64,000 nucleotides of DNA, taken from NCBI GenBank assembly GCA_001244265.2, contig CDLV01000009.1:1302001-1366000 (forward strand). Reading direction: 5' to 3'. Below the pieces are notes generated by a model. It worked only from the letters and a program-made list of their open reading frames with translations. It ran no database searches and was not told the origin of the DNA. Source of the DNA: Microbotryum violaceum (Eukaryota). Below are positions 50,958 through 63,093 of this stretch, in pieces; position 1 is the first letter of the stretch, and every line of letters begins with the position of its first letter. The position numbers and the translations under genes were made by a program.

Positions 50958-52864
50958 TCACAACTCGAGTGGTGGCAAGGCAAAGGTCTTTGACGGAGAG
51001 TGTGCATCTCTCATCGATAAGCTATGGTGCGCTTGTAATTTGTCCTCCCGAAGTGGTCTTTCGGTAGGGCGTAGGTCCTCGAGGAGGACAGCAACCGCCG
51101 ATGCGTGATAGAGCGTGTCGCCCTTTTTCGGATTAAGCTCGTCCAAGCCGAGCAAGCTTGTCGTCCCTCGATGAACCCAGTTGTTGTGGATCAGAGCAAC
51201 CGTTGCCACACTGAGGCAGATACTACAGACCCAAGCAGCACCCATCGCCGAAATTTCTGTCGCGACCCAGGAACCGCGCTTGAGTTGTCCATTGCCACAC
51301 ATCGTCGCGACATAAATCATGATCACGATCAAGGCGGCCGCGTTGACGCCGACGCAGGCCGACACGAGCAGGAGTTCGGAGCGTGCTTTGGTCACAAGTG
51401 CGATCGTTCTTGCACGTGTCCCGTGGATGCTGTCCGATTTGGCGATCCTTCGAAGCTCTTCGGCGGTGAAGATGACATGTTTCGACGAGCAAGTAGGCGA
51501 TTCGTTTTCCGACTCTTTTATGTTTTCGCCTTCGAGGAGCATCCACGGAGCTTCCGGCCGACAACAAGAAGCTACTGATCTTGCACCTGGCATGCTCATG
51601 TTTCGCGCGAGTGATTTCTTGCTGTGGCGGATGTGTTTCCCGAGATCACGCGCCAAGAGCAGGCCGGTCAGACTGAAGAGTACCGTGGTAAAGGCGGGGA
51701 TGCATAGTATCCCATATGTCCATTCCGTGACGGAGAGGAATCGATTCGTGGCTTCACTCATCCCGAGCGATTTCTTTGCAAGCTCGATGATGGCATCAGG
51801 TGCGTTGTTGGGAAAGGTATCGAGGGCTCGGATGAGAAAGGACTCCAAGTCGATGAACGAGCCCCAGAACTGGTACGAGGCGCGAAGATTCCACACTCCT
51901 GTTGCCTGTCAGGTAATAGGTGATTCAGAGAATCAATGAGAATGGCTTCACAAATCTGTACATTCCGCGCAAGGAAACTAACGATGCATCCCAAAAGCAT
52001 GGCAAGCGAACTCCCAATGAACGAGGCGTTGAAGATGACGGCAGGTATACTCGAAAGGAATGTTGTTCTATCCGGTTGGTTCGTGAGGACGTATGTTGTG
52101 AACACGGACCAGACCGCTACCCATCCATGCAAAAAGATTAAACAGCTAATGAAAGCGCGTGCGACGAGACTTGGGCCGAGAGGTCGATGCTGAATGAAGA
52201 GTAACATGGACTCGACGACGATCCATATCCACCCGCCGGCCGAGAAGACTCCCATGAATGCGATGACGAGCCTCGAGTTGATGACGAGGATCTCCCCTGT
52301 TGGACGGCGAATCTGTTGCAGAGCAGAGCGCTCCCGCGTGAATGAGCACGGCACGGATGCGTCAGCCCACTCCTTCGCTAATACCACTGTCCCAAGGCTG
52401 CCCATTGCTCAACTTACGTATTGGTACATCCATCGCCGCTGAGGAGGGTTTGAATTACACCTCTGCAGCTCCAGCACGACCACATAAGCGATGGAAAGCA
52501 TGATGACCCTGTTATTGGTAGCGTAGGGGCCTCGACAATCTCGATTCAGCAGGGGACAGGGGACGATAAGGAGTACGCCTCGAGGTTCGGTCAAGTCAGA
52601 GCAGATGAGATTCGTCACTCACCCACCGTTGAGAACGATGAGGATGATAGCTCGGATCTTGAAGCCACCTAGGTACTGCTTGTCATGATACACCTTCTCC
52701 TGTAAGCCAGAGCAAGGATCCGATGTCAGCTTGAAAATGCCAAAGCGTGGTGTGTGCACTTTCGGAAGTGTGGCCAAGCTGGTGACCCTACTGACCTGGA
52801 GCGTGTGCAGGACCGCTGGCGACCGGGGCAGCGGCGCGAGATTCCGCCATGATCTCATTAGCAT
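50958..52864 (-). CDS. Orphan seven-TM membrane protein, copy B; start uncertain
   Basis: Exons GFKIRAIILIVLNGG / LSIAYVVVLELQR..WMYQY / ILVINSRLVIAFMG..HGWVAVW / YGILCIP..KARSELLLVS..WVATEISAMGAAW. Same intron layout as copy A. Confidence 0.75.
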
Positions 52865-53809
52865 ACGCGCCCCTTTAGGGAAAGTTTAACAAAGTGACAG
52901 ACCACTCACCACTGTATAAGTTATAAGCACCAGTATGAGATGGTGTTGTCATGCTCACGAAGGTGGAATGAGCTGAAACGGCGCGAACTGGCCGACGCCC
53001 TCTAGAGATGAAGCACCGATTGAAAAATGAAAATGTCTTTGGGTGCGGGGTCTCAAGTGTTGCCCTCACAGCGGAGGTACAAGGGTCTTACCTTGAGCGC
53101 CAATGGGTACTCAGCTCTGACACTGCTCTGACCTCCCGGGGTGAAGGCGGCGAAAGCCTTGACTTATGGGACGGCGAATGTCTCGATCGCGCGCAACGGT
53201 CGCAAGCGGCGCGGGCCTGCAGGTTTCAGCGCAGCGAAAGGAGACAATGGCATCGTTTCAAAAAGCGTCACTTCGTACAGGACTTAGCTTAGTTGCTCCA
53301 ATGACGTTTGAAGAAGTACATAACTAGCTTATTATGGGTCGCTTTGGTACCGTCACGCTGATTTAGTGCAGCACGGTGATCCCCCTATGATCCGAAAGTT
53401 GCGGTAGCAAGAATCCGCTTCGGAGGTCAACAGTCTCGCAGACGATATGAAAAGTAGCATGGACTCAACATCTTGTTTTCAAGTCAAGTGAGTTGCATTA
53501 TTTGGACATGTTTTACTAAGAGCTGTATCTTCTTCTATACAGCTCCCTCAAACGTGAACAGTCGCCGGCGGGAGCTTGTTCGAAGCGAACACAGCTGCAC
53601 TCCAGCCCCCACGCCTATACTTTCTGGACCCTCACGCGATGTCCAAAACTCATTGAGTTCAAGACCGGCTGAAAAATTACACTGTCGACGATTGAGTGAT
53701 GGCTTGATGATCCGGTGGTGCTGGGTACGACTCCATATCGCCACGCGTTGTGAATCAGGACGCTCGTCTCGAACCCGACGCAACTGCTGCACACCCACGT
53801 CGCACCCAA

Positions 53810-55090
53810 ACTAAGATCTCCGTCACGGCCCATAAGTCATCTTCCAGCGCCTCGCTTGCGCCAATATGATGAAACGAACTACGATATTCCTCAATAGGAC
53901 AGCGGTGATGCCGAAGTAGACCGAGACGACCAAGACTTCGTGGCGCGCTTTCGCGACGAGCGCGATGGAGCGCGCGCGCTTGCAGTAAGGTGCACTGCCG
54001 GACTGAGCTAGTCTGCGCTGTCGTTGGGCGTTCAAGATCGCAACTGGACCTTTGTCGGACGCGGAGGAGCGTGGAAGGATAGAAGAGGCTAGGGTGAACT
54101 GTTTAGTGGCCTGGACATTGTGTCGGTCTTAATCAAAGCCCACGGGGCGTCGGAACGGCATCCCTCGCCATTCCGTTGTCGGAGCTTGCGTGCCAGTGAA
54201 ATTTTCTTTTCGTTGATGTGTCGACCGAGATCGTATTAGGACGAGACGCGTCAGGAAGCAAACACTAGAAAAATTGGGATACACATCAATGCGTGTGTGC
54301 TTGGCGATATGGCGAAACTCGTTCCGCGGCGAGAGGCAATGCACTTTCCGCGGCAACGCTTCCGGGTGGAACCTTGACTGAAAGGGTTCCCAGATGACGC
54401 AGATGGGATGTGATGGCCCGATCGCACCTCAAAATTGGCGCATAGAGTTGAGTCTCTCATATACCGAGTCTCTCAGCCGATAATCGCGAGCTCGAGTCAG
54501 CAGTGCGCAGTCGTGGACTCGTTGCAGCGCGGCCGTCGGCTTGGCATGCACGATATAGCCGACAAGGCCTACTGCGGTGCTTCCTCTCTAAATGGTGCTG
54601 ATCCTCTGAGTGTGGAGGGAGGAAAAGAACGAAGGGTAGTCGGGCTTATCGGTGAGGAGGTAGGTCAGGCAGACCGACCAGATCGCGAGCCGACCGTGCA
54701 GGAAGACGGGGAAGCTGTGATTCGTGGGAGCGGAGGACTAGACCAATTTCGTGCTGAGCGGTCGTTGCTTGATGTATTGCAGCATCGACTCGACAACGTC
54801 CAGAGTCCTGCGGAGGCGGCGATGATCCCTATGAAAGCGATGATGACTTAGCCGCTGACGACAAATATGTAGCTTCCCCGAAGGCCGTCGAGCTTGGGAC
54901 CGCAAAACGGTGCGATAAAGTCCGTTAGCGGGTATGAGAAGGGCAAGACGAGGTGCCGTGCGCTTGAGAATGACCTACGAATTGCCACAGCCTAGACCAT
55001 TGGTGGGGTGGGGATCAGGCTGTGTCCTCTGCAGCTCCAAAAGAGCGAAGTACACTCTCGATGACAGGTCGTATAGCCGTGAAAGGGCGC
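53810..55090 (-). pseudogene. Orphan seven-TM family, decayed copy C
   Basis: Fragments YFALLELQR, LWQF|gt, IFVVSG*VIIAFIGII, DVVESMLQYIKQRP and RARSIALVAKARHEVLVVS, broken by stops and frameshifts. Confidence 0.75.
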
Positions 55091-55827
55091 CAAAGAGTCA
55101 GAGATCTAGCTGAACACTTGACCTTAGAGACTCCTCGGGGCTGGCGAAGGCATTGTTATCCGGAAACGGCACGTGGCGAGTTCGAGCTCCCCATTCCGTG
55201 TGGGGAGATGTTCTGGTGAGTGACAATTCCGGATTTCTGAGAACCCCCGGATATACGGCATGACGTAACAATCGATGCAGCCATGGGAGAGCCCTTAACC
55301 GTTAGCGGGGGCACGGGGCGCCGCTCGGGAACAGGGGCTTCTCCGGTGAGGAGGAGCTAAAACGGGTATGTAGCTACATACTCCGCGCTCGGCTGGTCAC
55401 TTCCCAAGTCAAGCTCGCTCGAGGGACCAATTTGATCCGAAACCACAGGTGAGTGAGCTACTGGTGGCTATCCGAGCCGGGAGTCAACCTCATCCGTTAA
55501 TGGGGCAAGTTATCGGGCGTCCTTCTGTAAGCTATTATTTAAGTGATGCCAAGTCTGTGCGGTGCAAGCTTTAGCCCAAACTCGCGGGCTTGCGCTAGTG
55601 ATATATCAAAAGTTCGAAGGCGCCGGTCAAATCTTTGCATGTTCCAGGTTACCTCGACAAAAGACACAGGTCCCGAGCACTTTGCGAGCGAAGATTCGGC
55701 CCGAGTGTCTTAATTGTTTTCATAAATTCGAATTAACGCTCCGCGGGGCGACGACGAGTCCCTGAACCTCCAGTGCCCCCTATGAAGTCACACTCACACA
55801 ACTATGGCCTGAGGATAGGCACTACCT

Positions 55828-55885
55828 CCTACTTAGCCGCAAGCGAATAACCACCACCTACTTAGCCGCAAGCGAATAGCCACCG
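55828..55885. repeat. 29-bp tandem duplication CCTACTTAGCCGCAAGCGAATA(A/G)CCACC
   Basis: Two adjacent copies. Confidence 0.9.
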
Positions 55886-56199
55886 CAAGACAAGGCTAGA
55901 GACTCTAACGACAAATAAATCCACATCTCATTCAATTTTCGACTGCTGTTTTTTTTCTTTCTGTCTATCCTCATTCAGATAGCTATTTTCGTCTCCGTTG
56001 TCTAAACAAGGTCCAGGAACCCTTTCTTTCCTCACCATTCGCTTGAGACCAATCAAGCATGAGCCTTCCCTTCCGAAGAGACTTCATTCATGATCCCCGT
56101 CGGCAGCCTCTTTCGCCTGCGCGTGGACCGGATTCTTGTTGTTGTCAGTGACTGTTGAACACCAAGTAACCAAACCCGTCAGTCGGTATAAAAGGTTTA

Positions 56200-57681
56200 G
56201 TGGGGAATTGCGGACTTGAACTCATCCTCGTGACCATCGGTGCTCCACAAGTCAATATTCAGCTTGGCATCCATTGCCGAACGCTTGACAGGGGAGGCGA
56301 TGACCCGCCTAGGACTGCGGACTGTCCGCGGGGGCGTGGTCTGGCGTGTCATCTGCCGCACATCAGAGAAGGAAGCTACACCAGGCCCATGTAATATGCA
56401 CAAAAGGTTTGCCGGAGGACCTGTTCCTCCAAGTGCGAGCCTCGACGGTACAGACAACCGCACATAGATCACCTTCACCCAGGGTGCCCACTCCCCAGCG
56501 TGGGAAATCCTTGTGCGAGTCGCCTAGGGTGCTCATCGACAGTCACGGGGAGTTGCGTGGGATATCCTTTGGCGTACATGCGACCGGTAAAAATCCCCTC
56601 CCGGATCTCCGCATAAAATCGACTGTAATCGGGCAGGTCGAGAATGTTCTCCGGGTCCAAATGGGAACAGGCGGAACCACGCCGGCCTCCAGCGCCCCCT
56701 GTGACTCCATCTTTCCAATGACTGCACACCCCCGGGTCAGCCCAATCATCAGACGCTGGAGCACACAAACGCAAACATATACATTACTACTTACATCATG
56801 GGTGTGATCAACTGGTGTTGGATGGAGACCACCTGCGGCTTCGCCGTTAGTAGGTTTGGCGTGTTGGATGCGATCGCTGGCCGGGCCGGTGAGGGTGAGA
56901 AAGGGGAAGGAGTCAGGTCTCTGTCTTTCTTAGCAACGGAATCAACTTACGTTAACTGTTCCCCAATTTCCATGCCGTTGCCCCATGTTCAGAAAAAGAA
57001 GGATCGCAACTTGGACATGCCCTGAGTCGCAACTTTGCCTCGGACTCGGACGACACGAGCAAGTGCTCCGACCGCTGCCTTTCCGGATGCAAGCTTATGC
57101 TCGAGAGTGAACACACAAAGTGTACCCCGAGTCAGCCTCTATATAAAATCTAGTAGTAGGTAGGCTGGCCCTCTAGGTCGCTCCGCCGATGGACCACGCG
57201 AATCAGTGTCTGCAGCACGCCATTTGGCATTCCTCGAAATCAAACGTGGTAGGTGTGGGTACCACGATGTCATTGGCTGTGCTTCGCTTGAAGATGTAGC
57301 CACTCTCGCATGCTGGACAACGCCCAGCCCATGAAGACAGTAGAATACCCAAAAATAAATCCTGTAGTTTTTGATCGCCGAGAGAGTAGCCCTGCAAGTT
57401 GTGAGTCTGACAGACAATCTGCAGTTGTTCCAAACGAGGTTTGACGTTGGACAAGACGAGCTGTCGCCTGTCGCAACGAGCACCTGATCACTAGTTCCTC
57501 GTCAAGCGAATGCGAGGAACCAGATCTGTTCAGTCCATGATAAGTGTACGGTACTCGTTCGCCAGGTTGCCAAGAGCGACTGCCTCTTGTCAAGCCAAGC
57601 TCCCAGATGCTGTCCAATGACTCGCAATGACTCGGCGTCGGGAGGCACGACTAAGACACGTGCACTGGGAGAGATCGACAT
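56200..57681 (-). pseudogene. Decayed gene of unknown function, possibly transposon-associated
   Basis: One frame from ATG 57681 to about 56950 is broken only by isolated stops (57502, 57139, about 56988). After a GTAAG donor, a second protein-like frame (56764 to about 56300) also has isolated stops. Confidence 0.4.
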
Positions 57682-58108
57682 CGCTGCAGGGGGTGGGAAC
57701 ACAAATGTCACTCGTTACCAATGACTGATTTGTCGGACCGACTGAGCACCGTTCGTGACTGATTAACTACTCCCCGAGGAAGGTTGTACCATGAGCTACT
57801 GAGATGTTGATGTTCGTACACAGCTATCAGACGGAGGCGAACGGCGAAGGCATGCTTCCGAACCGCGCCGTTTCACGCCGGCTTGTGCCAGCTGGCTGGC
57901 GGCTGCTGGCTAGCGCGCGGGTCTGTGCCCTCCCCCCCCCCCTTTTTTATTTGATAGACTTCATTAACAGCATAATTATATTAATACCTAGAAATCTTCG
58001 GAAAAGTCGGAGGGAATGCTGTTACGCACACTGGCAGAAGCCAGTAGTGTAGGACTCATTGACCCTGAACCAGGATCAACCATACCCACTAAAACCCCCT
58101 TTGGTGTC

Positions 58109-61100
58109 TTACAGAGACACTAGGCGACCCTTGGACTCCTGGATAGAGGCTCGAAGCCCCTCGAACTCCGTTTCGGTGATCGGTTCCAAAAGATCCGACG
58201 AGAATCGACGACGGCGACAGAGCTTCCAGATCGAGTGAAAGAAGAGGACTCGTAGTTCGACAAGTCGACGTTCCGAGCGAGACACGACCGGGCATACAAA
58301 GTCCACAAAGACTGGGTGGGGGTCGGGGACAGAGCAGACCAGAGGCGCCGGGCAAATGGGCAGCCGACCGCGAGGTGAACCAGGCACTCGGGTGCTTCCG
58401 AGAGGCACATCACACAGGAGGTAGATCGATTGTTGGGATGTGGGCTGGTTGGGGAGGCGACTTGGCTTCCCGGATGGAGGGACCCCAGGGAGAGAAGGTG
58501 GCCGGTATCCTCGGCGTCCGAGTGAACCCGGCGAACCTTGCGCAAAGCCTTCCACCAAGCGTTCCAGCGTTGCTCAGGCAGATCGAATACCTTCTGGTGT
58601 CCCTTGGGGAAGATAGGGGGGAAGATGAAGACTTGGTGGCGTTTGGACGCGTTCACAAACGAAGACGGGGTCATCACCTCGCCATCGGGCCCTCGAAAAA
58701 GCGTCGGGTTTACCGAGAGTTGTATTCCGTGGCCGCTGGGAAATAGAGTACGTGCGTCGCCCATTGCTCGAGGTTCTGGCTCTTGGAGAGTTCCGGGGGA
58801 TTGAGCGTGGTCACCAACGCCCAGGCTTCGAAGTATTGGACCCAACGAGCAGGAAGAAGTTTTGTCGTTTTTCTCACCACATGGTCCCACTTTGGGGAGG
58901 ATGGCAAAAGTATGCCCACCAGATCCAAATCCAAGGGCAACGATGCTGGTTGGGGGCCGGTCTGGACAAGGTGAAAGGGGTTGGTTCGTTTGGTGCCTGG
59001 AGGCGGATGCGGATGTCGAAGAGGTGGCGTGTGAAGCAGCCGTCCGGGGCCCGGAGCTGGAAGACCCACTTCGCGTGATCGATTGCTAGACGCCGAGGCA
59101 GATCAATCAAACCGAAGCCGCCGTGATCAAGAGGGGTGCAGAGGCGCGACCGGGAGACCTTCGGACGTCGCTGAGTAACATCCGAAGCTCGACCGTGAAT
59201 GGCGAGCATGGCGGCCTCCTCGATCTCCTTGACAACGCTCTTGGGGGCGGGAAGGAATCGGCTGTAGTACAAGATCTTTGTGTAGCAGTAGATGTTGATG
59301 ATCGAACACTTGGCTGCATATGGGAGATCGTACATCGGAATTGAGCGTATCCGAGCGATGGTCGAGGCCTTGACATCTTCCCAGCCCGCATCCTCGGCGA
59401 TCTCCACCCCGACCTGAATACCAAGGTAGCGAAAATGCGAATCGCTGAGACGCCAGGTCCCGAGATCTGGGGCGATCGACCGATCCCGAAAAGCTCCAAG
59501 GGGGTAGAGGAAAGATTTGACGTTGCTGAGCTTGCTGGCACTTGCCCGTTCGTAAAGCTCGATCGCCCGATTGAGCTGGTCGAGGTCCGAGAGGTTGTGG
59601 AGTGCGCAGCAAGCGTCGTCGGCAAAACGGAGTTCGCGTACGTTTTGGAGGCCCGCAATATCGATGCCCCTGACTCTCAATCGAATCTGACAGGCAAAAC
59701 CTTCGATCGCCAGGACGAAGAGAGACGGAGCCAAAGGATCACCTTGCCGAACGCCCGACAGGATGTCGAAAGTGGCAGAGAGCCAACCGTTGAGGAAGAT
59801 CGAGGCAGATTGGTTGGTGTAGGTCGCTCGGTACCATTGGCGGGCTTTGGGGCCGAGGCCAACGGCGCAGAGGACTGCATCAAGGTACGGGTGGGAAAGA
59901 CGATCGTAAGCCTTTTCAAAGTCCATCACCGCTAGCATGCCAGACACGGGTGTTGAGCCCGGAAGTCCAGGGTCCATGAGACATTGGACCCCAGCGATGT
60001 TCGTGCCGATCCAGCGGTTCGGAACAAAGCCACGTTGGGTTGGGCCGATCAGGGACTCGAGCAAGGGAGCGAGGCGCTGGTTATGGGCTTGCGAGATGAT
60101 GCGCTCGTCCGCATTGATGAGCGATATGGGGCGTTTGTTCGAAAGCTGATCCCTCTCGCCGCGTTTGTGGATGAGATGGATGTGGGCGGTGTTGCGGGGA
60201 AGAGGTCCAGGCTGACGGGCCTCGGTGGGGATCGAGTTGATGACGTCTCGAAGAATCGGGCCAGTGGCCGGCCACGTAGCGCGATAAAACTCAACCGGGA
60301 GGCCGTCAGGCCCTGGCGAAGAGTTCGACTTACACGCCGCTTGAGCCTTTGTCATCTCCTCCAACGGGTACGCTTCCTCGAGCTTGAGTGAGTCCGCGGG
60401 GGAGAGGCGAGTTGAAGCGAGGCCGTCGATGACCGCCTTCAGGACCGCGTCATCGATGGGGCGGTCCTCTAGACCCGCTCGAAGTAGTCGCTGGCCGCTC
60501 CAAGCATCAAATCAGGTTCGGAATGAACAACATCGTTGACCGTGAGCGAAGGGATCAGGTCGAATGCTCGCACTTTGCGCAGGCGGATGAAGATGGAAGA
60601 GGGACCCGCCAGAGATGGGTCGAGGCGGGACCGCAGGGCCGCACCGTAGCGCGAGTGGTCAGCCCTCTCTTGCTCCGACCCGCCACGACGGAACCGAGCG
60701 AAAGTCCGGGCCAGAGCCTGCAGCTCGGGCAGCAGGCGGTGTTTGGTGGACGTCCAAGCTGCTGGTGGATCGTTGGGCGTCTGGAGGAGGGCTTTGTTGT
60801 AAAGGGTGCGGACAATGGAGGTGAGGTACTCGCAGGTCGCGTCGCCCTCGATCACGTGCAAACCCAGCTTGAACTTGCCCGGACCGATGTCGATTGCGCC
60901 CGGCACTTGGAACCGTGCCACAACCATTGAGTGCGTCGATTTGAGGACAGGAGCCCAAATTTTTGTGATCATGGAAGAGGTCGACCCAATCAGGCGAGAC
61001 ATAGATGCGGTCAAGGCGACGGCACGTGCCGGGCGCTGAGCGATTCGTCGTGGCTCGTCCTTTGGGATGATGGAGCCGATAGGCGTCGAAAAGATTGTTG

Positions 61101-61679
61101 GCCGTGGCAAGGTCGCGCATCTCCTGACCCCCATAATTCGTTCCGTTTTGGTTCTCCGAATCGAGGGGCTGGGACTCAACACAATTCCAGTCCCCCCGAC
61201 TAGGAGCGCAGGCGGCGAGGGTTCGTCACGTACAACTTGTCGGAGGGCGGTGCTGAGGTGTGAGAGGTAGCGTTTTTTGTCTGGCTTGTCGGAGGAAGGC
61301 GCGTATATTGATACAACCCGGACTTTTGAATCACCCCACAAAAGGTGGCGTCGGTGACTCGGTCCGGGAAAGAGAAAGAGGCACGAAGAGTGTTTGGAGG
61401 CGACTCGGGATCAACAGTAATGACCACGGAATCGCTCTTCCAAAGTATGGCAGTGTTGTTGAAAGGAGTGAAAAGAGCGGAGAGCTTTAAGTCTTGGCAC
61501 TCCTGAGTCCACTGGGCCACCCTTTCGGGGGAAGGTCGGCCAGTTTCGCTTAGGAGAAAGACGTCGGCGTTATGGGAGCGGAGATTGGAGAAAAGAGAGG
61601 CACGCTTACGGTCTTCATTGATTGACTGCACGTTGGCAGCAACAAAAGACACGTTTGGGATTTTAGTTGTGCTCATCAT
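58109..61679 (-). CDS. LINE ORF2: AP endonuclease + reverse transcriptase + zinc finger (frameshifted in this sequence)
   Basis: AANVQS, DVFLLSET, SIYAPS, GDWN, LDRIY; SPGPDGLPVEFY, RPISLIN, DFEKAYD, GVRQGDPLAPSLF, FADD, YLGI; CVMC..E..HLAVGCPFA..LW. Confidence 0.93.
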
Positions 61680-63093
61680 CTTGGTCCATAGCGTCTTCCA
61701 CGTCCTTAGGAGGTGCTTCTTGGTCTTCGGCTTCTTCGTCGGCCTCGTCGTCGGTGTCGGCGTCATCGGGTCGGGCTTTGGGCGCGGCTGAGGGCAACGG
61801 CGTGGGCGAAGACGGCTCGGGCTCGGCTCGGAGGCTTCGAGGGCAGGCGCAGTGGGAGGGGCTTCACGAGTGGCTGGCTTGGAGAGGGCGGCAATCGACT
61901 TGGATCGAGTTATGATCGACTTTGGCGTGGCCGGAGGAGGGCTTGGGGATGGAGAGGTGGTCTCTGAGCTGGGGGACTCGGAGGATTTTTCAACGAGGGA
62001 GTAGGCAATTCCCTGATTGGAGGCAGGCTGGGGGGCAGGAGGAGTGGCAGTTTTGCAAGGGAAATTGAAGGAGAACTCGGGGCGGGCATTCTTCGACAGA
62101 GAATCAGGCTGAGCTCTGTTGGACAGATCTTCAGTCTGGGCAGCCAGATCCTGTTCCACTCGACGTTTTTTGGTCGTGCGGTCGTGGGCGGAGGCCGGGG
62201 AGATCGACTTGGACACGGCGGCGGGGGCGGCGGTGGTAGCGGTGGAGGCTTGCGGGGCACGTGACGTGGGGGGTCCCTGGGGCTCGACGCATGACGGGCC
62301 GGGCAGTGCTGGGTGGCGTGCGAGGTGCTCGCGCAGGACTTGCACGCCGGGGCGACGGGGCAATCCTTACGGACGTGAGCCGCGGAACGGCAGAAGACGC
62401 AGTGGCGCATGCCACCGGTGATCCTCAGTGGGATTCGCTCAGTGACACCGTCACGAGCAATAGAAAGTGAGGCAGGGGGCAGAACATCTACATCCTTAAG
62501 GGCAAGGATAAAGTCGTACACCCCAGAGATGTGTTTCGTCTTTCCAATGTATTGGATGCGACGACGGAGGACCGTGCCATAGGCAGCGATCTGCTCATCG
62601 AATAGGCAGAGGCCCTCGGGTCGGAGAAAAAGCCCGTAAGGGTGCATTGTACAACACCTCCTCTAGTAGAGCTGTACAGCTTCTCGACTTTGCACAGAGT
62701 CTTGCCAACAGTGAGGCCGTTGGCCACCAGGGTGTCGAGATCGGCGGCCTTGGGAAAGCGGAGGCCGCGCTGACCCTTGATGACGCATGGCATTGCGCCG
62801 GTAAGGCCAGGGTAGTATTTGTCAAGCGCGGGGAGGACTTGCTCGACCGAGGTTGAGGGTGGGGTGTTGATGATGACACAATTCTCGATGTTGTGCATCA
62901 GTGGATGGGCGGCGACGGCAGTCGAGGCGTTGGCGGTGGCGTTTCCGTGCTTGGCAGCGGAGCGGGCGCCGACCGCGGCGGAGTATGATTTGGTGGTGGT
63001 GGCGGGGGCTTGGCCGGGAGGATCGGGAGGGTCAGGGCGAAGAGGTGGTATAGCAGCATGCCTGGCGTTGTTGGTGTTGTTGTTGTTGTCCAT
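61663..63093 (-). CDS. LINE ORF1, gag-like nucleic-acid-binding protein (frameshifted in this sequence)
   Basis: KSYSAAV near the N-terminus, knuckles CVFCRSAAHVRKDC and CKSCASTSHATQHC, and an acidic tail ending DQDDEHN* at 61663. Confidence 0.88.

Noticed and set aside
58109-63093. Programmed ribosomal frameshifting as the explanation of the broken LINE ORFs
   Set aside because: About ten shifts at assorted homopolymers fit sequencing error or decay, not recoding.
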